64,000 nucleotides of DNA from a virus (taxonomy: Duplodnaviria; Caudoviricetes), in IMG/VR virus record IMGVR_UViG_3300021387_001157, positions 96,001 to 160,000 of that record; one strand, written 5' to 3'. A program made the translations under genes and the position numbers. Under the pieces are notes generated by a model. The model saw only the letters and a list, made by a program, of their open reading frames with translations. It had not been told where the DNA came from and did not search any database. Positions 56,005 through 64,000 of the stretch are shown piece by piece (position 1 is the stretch's first letter; every line of letters begins with the position of its first letter).

Positions 56005-56838
56005 AGTGAGCAATGAGCAGTCTCCCACTCAAAACCCAATTTCCTCTTTTGGAAAGCCTGAGAACTTAGGCAAAGTTGTCACCATTACACGACAGTTGGA
56101 CATCGTTGTTCACAGTATGTATTTCTACATCCTAGGTGACATGTGCTCCAGTTTTGTGAAAACTGACAAACTCTTACTGCTTGATATCGTAGATTTCCGT
56201 TCTCCACCGACCGTCTTGCATAAGACTTCTGAAGATGCCTCCTCATTGTTCGATGATTACTTGTACTTTCTTGTCTTCAACCTTGCAAGTCTCCGACACC
56301 CCCGTGTTACAGAGGGACAAGCACATTTTCTACCAAACAGTGTCGTGCTCTTTTGCTTTTCTTTCAACATTTTTACCCTAATAAATAATTGAATCTTAGC
56401 TTTTTTTGATAACTGTTTTTAGAAAGATGTGGCACGACTTTGGTCATTCCTACCTTTTGAGTAAGACCCAACCAACACCTTTCTATGTTTCATCGTTCCC
56501 CAACGACTCCACATTCTCCGTTTCATCCCATACAATTTCTCACACAGAACTAATCCTTTGTAATACTTGCAATTGACAGGGAAATCTTTCACAAGTACCT
56601 GCTAAAGACCTCTATTGTACTTTCATACTCAAACCAGGTTTTACCCGATTGTCATCTACTTCATCCTCATCATTTGACATTGGATTTCCCACAGATAACG
56701 TGTCTTTTCACTTTTCAACAGATTGCATCTTTCGATACAACGCCACATCCCGTTTATCTCGGATATGACTTTATCCCATTGCTGGATTATCCTTTTGTCA
56801 AGTCCGAAGACTCAACACGGTTCTGAAAGCGAACCTTT
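56005..56838 (-). ncRNA. Candidate large structured RNA (GOLLD-like by size and context)
   Basis: About 830 nt, no minus-strand ORF, higher GC, many hairpins, directly downstream of tRNA-fMet. Confidence 0.5.
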
Positions 56839-56843
56839 TTTTG

Positions 56844-56915
<72 letters not shown>

Positions 56916-56925
56916 ATCTTTTATT

Positions 56926-57480
56926 TTACACAAAGAACAAAATACCACATTCTATCATATCTTCTACTTTACAAAGAAAATCTGTTATATTTTCGTCTTT
57001 TATTTGGTTTATTTTCAAGTTATTACGATTTGCATTTAAGATAATAAACTCTTTCCATTTCTTCATATCTATCATACATCTTTTGATAATATTTGTTGTA
57101 TTCCTTTCAACAAATGTACAATAGACATAATCACATTTTGTGATAATCGACCAACCAAAATTTCCATGAGAAATAATCTCAAACGGAAGATTACCAGTAT
57201 CAAGAGCACGACCATCAGATTTAACCTCTATCTTTTTGTATCGTTCTCTTTCAGATAAAACTATATCCAATTCAGGTAAACTATCACCATATTCATTATC
57301 TATTACAAAATCGATATCAATCAACTGATACTCCTTTATATCTGAAACGTCAAATATCTTTCTGCCAACATTCTGAGGTTTACTTGTAAACCATTCAATA
57401 AAATCTTTCTCACTTATTTTCCCGTCATTCAAGTCTTTCTTGAAATTAGGTTTTCTACTTGTTTTCTCTAAAACGGCCAT
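56926..57480 (-). CDS. Putative PD-(D/E)xK (restriction-like) endonuclease
   Basis: YQLIDIDF...KIEVKSD....TGNLPFE. Confidence 0.6.
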   Translation of the reverse strand: MAVLEKTSRKPNFKKDLNDGKISEKDFIEWFTSKPQNVGRKIFDVSDIKEYQLIDIDFVIDNEYGDSLPELDIVLSERERYKKIEVKSDGRALDTGNLPFEIISHGNFGWSIITKCDYVYCTFVERNTTNIIKRCMIDMKKWKEFIILNANRNNLKINQIKDENITDFLCKVEDMIECGILFFV

Positions 57481-58277
57481 ACGTCAATATCATAATTCGT
57501 AATCACAATTTCACCACCCTTTTTACATTCTTTTCCACCAACATTCGTCATACTGTATACAAAATCAAAACTATAAATGTTGTAATCCTTATACAAATCT
57601 CTTATGTCAGAAGATTCATCGTAACTTATCATAATCTTATTATTTCCAGAGTGATTTTTAACCCATTCAAACAACATATTATGATTAAAGTTTTTATGAA
57701 GTTCTCCCTTATCTCCATATAGTCCGATTTTATTGTTTTCTTTATATGGCGGGTCAAGATAGATAAAGAAACCATCAATATCAATATAATCGTCAAGTTT
57801 AATAAAATCAGTATTCAAAAACGTTGTCCTTTGAATGACACTGGAAATATCCTTAATCTTGTTAATTCCATCAATTGTGAAATTCCGATTGAATGCTTGT
57901 GAAGAATAATTGCTATTCAATCCACTAAATGATGTCTTATTTGATATGAAAAAATGACTTGCTTTATTTCTATCAAGATTCAAGAACTCATTCTTAAATG
58001 TTTCACAGTTAAACTGGTTTTTTATCTCCAGACACTCATCAATAATACTCTGTGGGTTATTTTTAACAGTGTTGTAATAGTTTATTAACTTACAATCAAT
58101 ATCGTTTGCATATATCACTTGTGGATAATACTTCTGTATGATATACAACAAAACACTACCACCACCCGTAAACACTTCAAGATATTTATTGACTTCATTT
58201 GGAAAGAATCTATCCAAAATCTTTGTCATTTTGGACTTTCCACCAGGCCAACGTAAATTAGATTTTACTTTACTCAT
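57468..58277 (-). CDS. dam: DNA adenine methyltransferase (D12/Dam family)
   Basis: LRWPGGKS, EVFTGGGSV, YLDPPY, MISY, EIVITNY. Confidence 0.92.
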   Translation of the reverse strand: MSKVKSNLRWPGGKSKMTKILDRFFPNEVNKYLEVFTGGGSVLLYIIQKYYPQVIYANDIDCKLINYYNTVKNNPQSIIDECLEIKNQFNCETFKNEFLNLDRNKASHFFISNKTSFSGLNSNYSSQAFNRNFTIDGINKIKDISSVIQRTTFLNTDFIKLDDYIDIDGFFIYLDPPYKENNKIGLYGDKGELHKNFNHNMLFEWVKNHSGNNKIMISYDESSDIRDLYKDYNIYSFDFVYSMTNVGGKECKKGGEIVITNYDIDVWPF

Positions 58278-58281
58278 ATAG

Positions 58282-58354
58282 CGGGGATGGTAGGACTCGA
58301 ACCTACGACCCAGTGGTTAACAGCCACTTGCTCTACCTGCTGAGCTACGTCCCC
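58282..58354 (-). tRNA. tRNA-Asn(GTT)
   Basis: Loop CTGTTAA. Confidence 0.9.
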
Positions 58355-58486
58355 AAAAATGATTTTTCTTTACCGTTGAAAACCTAAAACGTAATAGTCT
58401 TTACTCCACACCATCAAGCGACGACTCTTCGGATTACTCAGTAATTTACCTTTATATACTCTGGTCAGTCGTTGACCAACAGCTGC

Positions 58487-58562
58487 TGGCGGTCTATACG
58501 AGATTCGAACTCGTGTCACCGCCGTGACAGGGCGGCATGCTAGGCCTCTACACCAATAGACC
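58487..58562 (-). tRNA. tRNA-Asp(GTC), intact, CCA encoded
   Basis: Loop CTGTCAC. Confidence 0.92.
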
Positions 58563-58589
58563 ATACCTATTTATGTTTAGGAAATTTTA

Positions 58590-58737
58590 CAAGGTTCACT
58601 TTTTTATCTTGTTATCTGAAATATGGTTCGGATTAGATTTTTTTATTGCTGTATGAACCTTTAAATGTATGCAAGAATCTTTTCATGAATGATTCAAAAA
58701 CTCTGAATTTCATAAAATTGTTGCTGTATGATTCTTT
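58590..58737 (-). ncRNA. Two tandem ACAGCAA stem-loop RNAs (58590-58662, 58672-58737)
   Basis: AAGGTTCATACAGCAA...TGAACCTTG and AAGAATCATACAGCAA...GATTCTTG; covarying stems. Confidence 0.7.
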
Positions 58738-58831
58738 ATCTACACGATTTCCTTATTTATTATTTTTCCCTAACAATATAAATATAACAAAAAAATTCAA
58801 GAAAATTCAATTTTTTTGAATTTTTTTTTTG

Positions 58832-58903
58832 AGAAGATGAGCAGAATCGAACTACCATCCCCAGCGTGGCAAACTAGTACACTAACCATTGTGCTACATC
58901 TGC
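58832..58903 (-). tRNA. tRNA-Gly(GCC)
   Basis: Loop TTGCCAC; one acceptor mismatch. Confidence 0.75.
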
Positions 58904-58907
58904 ATTT

Positions 58908-58997
58908 TGGCGGAGAGGGAGGGATTCGAACCCACGGGGGCTGTTACACCCCAACGGTTTTCAAGACCGCCGCCATAAACCACTCGGCCACCTCTCC
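58908..58997 (-). tRNA. tRNA-Ser(TGA), CCA encoded
   Basis: Class II body; loop CTTGAAA. Confidence 0.92.
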
Positions 58998-59124
58998 AAT
59001 TGCCGTTTCTGTCTTTGTTGCAGAAGACTAACGGCTGTGTGGAAACTGTCTCCTGACATTACACTGCAACAACGTATGTCTCTTGAAACGTGATGACAAC
59101 CACAATCCTTCACGATTGATTTTG

Positions 59125-59242
59125 CAGGGTGGGTAGGATTCGAACCTACGTCACGGCTACCAAAAAGCAAAGAAAACGTATTGCTGTAAGATTCTTTCAC
59201 AAGAATCAAAAATACGTGTCCTAACCACTAGACGACCACCCA
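59125..59242 (-). tRNA. tRNA-Gln(TTG) with a 46-nt insert at 28/29 (59169-59214)
   Basis: CG[insert]GCT-TTTTGGT-AGCCG. Confidence 0.8.
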
Positions 59243-59244
59243 AG

Positions 59245-59331
59245 CGGAGAGGGAGGGATTCGAACCCCCGAGCCCCTTACGGGACTACCGGTTTAGCAAA
59301 CCGGGGCATTCGGCCACTCTGCCACCTCTCC
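59245..59331 (-). tRNA. tRNA-Ser(GCT)
   Basis: Class II body; loop TTGCTAA. Confidence 0.9.
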
Positions 59332-59337
59332 AAATTA

Positions 59338-59396
59338 CAAGGTTCTTCTTTCGACTTTTTCCACAAATCTTTAAGAAAGTTGCTGTATGAACCTTT
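59338..59396 (-). ncRNA. Free-standing ACAGCAA stem-loop RNA
   Basis: AAGGTTC-ATACAGCAA...GAACCTTG. Confidence 0.65.
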
Positions 59397-59399
59397 ACT

Positions 59400-59750
59400 C
59401 TGTGAGAGTTGAACAATCTCTCGTTCAATTCCCATCTCCGTTGTTTTGGTACAAGGAGAAAACCTGCCCTTAAAGACATTGGTCTAAACTACCACCGATT
59501 AGGCAGCAGCGAGCATCACCATTTCGTTGGTGTTGTTGTTAAAGTTGCCATTTACTGACAAGATGAGTCTCTACGCTTTTCATAATGATACAGCATCAAA
59601 TCCAAGTCATCCCCATGTTACCTCGATAGTTCTGTCTCGTATAGACCGCCCAATGTTGAATGTTTTTTCTACACTGAACAAACTGGTGGAGATGTTGGGG
59701 TTCGAACCCAAGTCTACCATACTTTCCTAAAAGTTTCAAACGAAACCCAT
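59400..59750 (-). ncRNA. ssrA: Circularly permuted (two-piece) tmRNA
   Basis: Acceptor piece ends CATCTCC-A-CCA at 59684; coding piece starts GGGGATG at 59614; G3-U70; tag frame 59549-59499 encodes GNFNNNTNEMVMLAAA*. Confidence 0.85.
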
Positions 59751-59835
59751 TTGTGATGTCACGGGAGTCGAACCCGTCAAAATTCCAAAGACATCTGATT
59801 CTATTTATGTTTTTTTATTTTCGAAATTTTTTTAG

Positions 59836-59909
59836 TACTGACGGATGGGCTTGAACCATCGACCACCATCTTATAAGGATGGTGCTCTAACCAACTGAGC
59901 TACGTCAGT
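59836..59909 (-). tRNA. tRNA-Ile(TAT)
   Basis: Loop CTTATAA. Confidence 0.88.
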
Positions 59910-60175
59910 ATTTTGTTGAATATCACACCGGAACTCCCTTTGGTAATTACTTAATGGATATTCCACTTTATCCATCCAACACTCACTGTGTTGTTGTTGG
60001 TTATCTGTTCCGATTACAAGCAGCACACTTGATGATGTGGAAAAAAGTCTTACTTTGTTCACGGTTATTTGCCATTCACCGTTACTCCAACCGTACCGAC
60101 TACCTATCAGCAATCGAGGTTTTACGTCAGTCGTATTGACCCATTTGATAAAACATCCTGTGATTTTCAACATTG

Positions 60176-60249
60176 TGGTCCTGGAGGGACTTGAACCCCC
60201 GACTCGCTGATTATGAGTCAGCCACTCTGACCAACTGAGTTACAGGACC
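60176..60249 (-). tRNA. tRNA-Ile2/Met(CAT)
   Basis: Loop CTCATAA. Confidence 0.9.
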
Positions 60250-60261
60250 GATTATGTTTTG

Positions 60262-60882
60262 TACTCCGAGTGGGACTTGAACCCACACGCCCTTTCGGGC
60301 AAGGGATTTTCTTACTACACTATGTTACCATAGCACAAACAAACGTTCTTGATACCTCAATGCCGTCCCTTGTTGAACTATTATGGACAGTTTCCATATT
60401 TTGTTTGTTTGTAGTCTCGACTATGTTATAACCATATTGAAATTCTTGCAAGATATACACTACTTAGACATCTATTGTTTAATTAGACATATCTTTATTA
60501 GAGTTAATTACTCTCTGTAGGAATTGCCATATACTCCAAGTGTTCTGTTCGTTAGTATAAATTTCAACTTAGGCTGCACCTCTATAGTCTGTACACGTTT
60601 ATGAAGGAAAAGATGTAAAATCTTTTTGTAGATTAACCTTCAATTTAGCTCGGCGTTGTCCTACACATTATTGATTAGTGGTCTCACGCCCATGTTTTAC
60701 GCTTTGACATGTAGTACAAGACCGGAGTTTAACCGGATATCCCTCATAAAGAGGGTTAGACAAATCTCTTCAGGTACATAATCAAGGTTTTTCACCGAAT
60801 TAGGGTGCTTCTAACAAGGACTTTCGTGCCTTGTCACTCAAATTTCTTAAGTCCCTCGTGTCTACCATTCCACCACCGGAGC
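60262..60882 (-). tRNA. tRNA-Leu(TAA) interrupted by a group I intron
   Basis: AGGGA-CTT and AAAA-TCCCT join to give loop CTTAAAA. Confidence 0.88.
60311..60848 (-). ncRNA. Group I intron (538 nt) after U34
   Basis: R-like GTACAGACTATAG, S-like ATAACATAGTCGAG, terminal G; 3' end similar to the Lys intron. Confidence 0.85.
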
Positions 60883-61541
60883 AGAGATACTTAGTACTCA
60901 AGTGGGAGTCGAACCCATGGAAATACATCCCCCCAATGACTTTGTTCCCAAGCCACCAAAGCACACGAGTCTGTGTACGAGCAGCACGTCGTCCCATTGC
61001 CATTGCTTGAGTATCTCATCCGTTGTATATTCCGAAGGAATGTCGATGTTTATCCCTTATTATTTTTCCATCGACTCACATTCGGGTCGTGATGTTTCCA
61101 TTCAGAAAACACAACAGACGATTTTGAGAATTTTTCTTCACTCAATCGGATTGGCCTAACCCGAAGAACAAAGGCGACCTTTATATACATTTAGAGGAAT
61201 CTTTCATATGGGTTGTACACCCCACCACCTTCTTCCATTTTATTGGTGGTCTCTCCCTCATTTAGTTCTGTCATAACATTCTTCTTGGATGAGGTTGAAT
61301 CTTAGTTTAACGTCTTCCACAAGTTACGGACGTATGGCTTATGAGTGGGTTTTCCTACTCTACCTCAACATACGGATTGGATTTCTATGCCTCATAGGGC
61401 AAACCTTAATCCCCTGTGTTTAAACACATATTTTCTCTCTCCTGGGGATACTCGATTTTACGAGTGTACCATTTGAAGAAGATGACACGATTTGGGTCAC
61501 ATTTCTCATTTACCATCATAAAAAGAGGGTCTGAACTATCG

Positions 61542-62381
61542 TCAGATGGTGTAACGACAATTCCTGAAAGAAGTCTCTTCGTCAAAACCGTGTTTTCTTA
61601 TTTTTATGAGATTTTCACTCCATTCTTTCGATTTACGGTCTTGTACAATTTCGTGAAGAAGACTCTCTTCTTTTTCGAGTTTCTCCCTTTTTTTCTCTCT
61701 CACGAACTTCTTGTAGGCGGAATCACGCTCATATCTAGCACGTGAGTATTCGGGAGTTCTCTTTCCGAACTCTATAACTTCACCATCAATGACGGGATGA
61801 GCCTTTCTATATAGTTCGACAGGTAAAGGATAGAAAGACACCATTTTCGAAATTTTTTCGTACTCTTGTGGTGTTATCGTCTCCGTGAAAAGACGATGCA
61901 GTCTGTCCTTTCCAATCTTTTTCACGAGACTCAAAATCTCAGTCTTAGTGAAGTTCTCCACATTAAAGGTGTATCCTGTCACAACTCTATTGTCAATGAG
62001 AGCCGTTGGCACTTTTTTGTGAAACATTGAGATTCTCTCATCTTTGGTGATATTTCCGACTTCATCGACAACATATTCGTTGTATTTTGAATGTGGATGT
62101 GTGATTGGATAAAGTTCTGAGTGTATCAGGAAATGTCCGTCATAACCATATCCGAATTTCTCACGGATGTTATGGATGAGGGTTCGCCGACACTCGCCGT
62201 AGTTTTCTCCGACATGTTTTTCCCAAAATCTGTTGATATAGGAGAAAACCTTACTTCTACGACACCACTTCTTCTCATAAAAGTCATAGAAATCACCATT
62301 TTTTTTACCGCTGTAACAGAATGTGTCCTTTGTGCAGGATGCATGTTGTACGGATTCTTCGTTTTTTTTAATTTTTTTCAT
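61542..62381 (-). CDS. Basic hypothetical protein, paralog of 40194-41054
   Basis: Full-length similarity. Confidence 0.75.
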   Translation of the reverse strand: MKKIKKNEESVQHASCTKDTFCYSGKKNGDFYDFYEKKWCRRSKVFSYINRFWEKHVGENYGECRRTLIHNIREKFGYGYDGHFLIHSELYPITHPHSKYNEYVVDEVGNITKDERISMFHKKVPTALIDNRVVTGYTFNVENFTKTEILSLVKKIGKDRLHRLFTETITPQEYEKISKMVSFYPLPVELYRKAHPVIDGEVIEFGKRTPEYSRARYERDSAYKKFVREKKREKLEKEESLLHEIVQDRKSKEWSENLIKIRKHGFDEETSFRNCRYTI

Positions 62382-62472
62382 AGTATTTATCCTTAGTGTT
62401 ATATACTTCGGATAAAACTAGAATTATAAATTTCGTGATTCATTTTTTTTACTTTTTAGACGTTAATATTTG

Positions 62473-62557
62473 TGCCCAAGGTGGGACTCGAACCCACACC
62501 CCCTCAACGAGGACAACATTTTGAGTGTTGAGTGTCTACCAATTCCACCACTTGGAC
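62473..62557 (-). tRNA. tRNA-Leu(CAA)
   Basis: Class II body; loop CTCAAAA. Confidence 0.88.
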
Positions 62558-62562
62558 ATTTG

Positions 62563-62635
62563 AGCCCCATGCCGGATTCGAACCGGCGACCTACTGCTTA
62601 CGAGGCAACCACTCTACCGGCTGAGCTAACGGGGC
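62563..62635 (-). tRNA. tRNA-Thr(CGT)
   Basis: Loop CTCGTAA. Confidence 0.88.
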
Positions 62636-62879
62636 AAAAACTAGGGAAGTGAATGGGATTGAACCCGTATCATCCGACATGCACACGCTTTGAAAGAAGT
62701 GCAAGTCTCAGATTTCACCCCCCGACGACCATCATTCCCCAAAGGTGATTTGTCGTCAATATATCCTTATCTCCAATATGTCAAAGAACTTTTGGAACTT
62801 TCGTTCCTCGATTTCAAAGATACTATTCTTTTTTGATTTTTTCAAAAAGATTGCATCTTTTTTGAAATCTTTTTTTTTG

Positions 62880-62954
62880 TACCCCGTACAGGATTCGAAC
62901 CTGTGACCTATGACTTAGAAGGACATCGCTCTAATCCTACTGAGCTAACGGGGC
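62880..62954 (-). tRNA. tRNA-Arg(TCT)
   Basis: Loop CTTCTAA. Confidence 0.88.
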
Positions 62955-63062
62955 ATATTTTTTATCTCATCAGATTAAATATAACAAAAAATCTGAAAAG
63001 ATTATTTTTTTTTCAATGTACTCTCGTGATTTTCTCACGATTTAAAAGATACTATTTATTTT

Positions 63063-63413
63063 TCAAACTATCAAAAAACTTTCAACTTTTTTATTTATGT
63101 CGGGGTTTTCTTGAAGAAGTTTTTTTGGAACAAGCACGTATTCATCACAGTTATATATCTTTGACTCAGCCTCCCTCCACAACCGTTTAACTTCTTCTTC
63201 CGTCTCTCTCACATAGTATCCGTCAATGGGACAATCATCCAAACCTGTATAATATCTCACACACACTTTTCCATCCTTTTGGGTTTTTACTCCGGCAAAT
63301 TCTTCCGTGTCCTGCCATTCTTCTTCACCAGTTTTTAAATCATGGACACAAAATGATGTTGTGTGTACCATATCTACTTCGACTCTTACCTTTTCATCTT
63401 TATATATTTCCAT
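63063..63413 (-). CDS. Hypothetical protein
   Basis: ORF between tRNA genes. Confidence 0.6.
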   Translation of the reverse strand: MEIYKDEKVRVEVDMVHTTSFCVHDLKTGEEEWQDTEEFAGVKTQKDGKVCVRYYTGLDDCPIDGYYVRETEEEVKRLWREAESKIYNCDEYVLVPKKLLQENPDINKKVESFLIV

Positions 63414-63432
63414 ATCTTATATTATTTAGTAG

Positions 63433-63505
63433 TACCAGTACACGGACTCGAACCGTGATTGGGGCTTTAGGAGAGCCCTGTTCTATCCCGTTGAACTATA
63501 CCGGC
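63433..63505 (-). tRNA. tRNA-Arg(CCT)
   Basis: Loop CTCCTAA. Confidence 0.88.
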
Positions 63506-63512
63506 GAACAAA

Positions 63513-63878
63513 TTAACAAGGAACAATCTTACCGAATTTACCGTCTTGTGCAATCATCGGAACGACAACTTCGGTATGTGAAAGTTCACTTTCATCGTTT
63601 ATACTGTCCCATAACGGATTTTTCGAAAAAACGAGACAATCACTACCAAAAGGAATAATATTTCCAAAAATGATAAGTCTTTCAATCGGCAGCTCGCCGT
63701 CAATACATGTTTGACACGATTCAATTTCAGAAAGAACTTTATCAAATTCTCCAATGAACCCCCATTTCTGAGACTTGGAATTTTCAGTCACGTTATATGT
63801 GACGTAAAACCCATAAACATCACGGTTTCCCAATTTCTCAAAATCTTTAATCTCTTTTTCCAAATAATTTATTTTCAT
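63513..63878 (-). CDS. Hypothetical protein
   Basis: ORF track. Confidence 0.6.
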   Translation of the reverse strand: MKINYLEKEIKDFEKLGNRDVYGFYVTYNVTENSKSQKWGFIGEFDKVLSEIESCQTCIDGELPIERLIIFGNIIPFGSDCLVFSKNPLWDSINDESELSHTEVVVPMIAQDGKFGKIVPC

Positions 63879-64000
63879 ATTTATTAAATTGAAATATTGA
63901 TATTTTCTGGAAGTTCAAGAACACAATAACCTAATATTTCAGTATTATCCCATTCATTTTCTAAAAAATAGTTATGTGCAAATATTGTAATAGATGGATA

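Noticed and set aside
62643-62740. tRNA-Sec (TTTCAAA)
   Set aside because: The arms do not match Sec geometry; kept only as a tRNA-like shell

Overview
64 kb of an AT-rich, almost entirely minus-strand, phage-like genome, most likely a large or jumbo phage of a Bacteroidales host (TAnnTTT-type promoter motifs, BspA, GH2 and lipoprotein genes). It reads in the standard code. Bases 1-48.5 kb are accessory and metabolic genes: Rnl2 RNA ligase, TerC, PTH2-like hydrolase, Thg1-like, a KH/S3-like protein, thymidine kinase, GMP reductase, DNA ligase, Dcm, GH16, a 1795-aa multidomain GH2 protein, a BspA-LRR repeat protein and many small hypotheticals. Bases 48.6-63.5 kb are a dense RNA island of more than 30 tRNA genes with many non-standard RNAs: (i) Pro, Asp and Gln tRNA genes, each with a 46-49 nt insert at position 28/29 carrying a hairpin plus ACAGCAA, a motif that also occurs as at least 5 free-standing, circularly permuted stem-loops; (ii) a circularly permuted two-piece tmRNA with tag GNFNNNTNEMVMLAAA; (iii) two related group I introns in tRNA-Lys(UUU) and tRNA-Leu(UAA); (iv) short non-group-I inserts in the anticodon loops of tRNA-Trp and tRNA-Tyr, the latter containing a nested tRNA-like fold; (v) several tRNA-shell RNAs with replaced anticodon arms; (vi) three or four long non-coding stretches that may be large structured RNAs (GOLLD/ROOL-like); (vii) a candidate leader-peptide attenuator. 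All calls were made by eye; RNA coordinates may be off by a few nt and no database searches were run.
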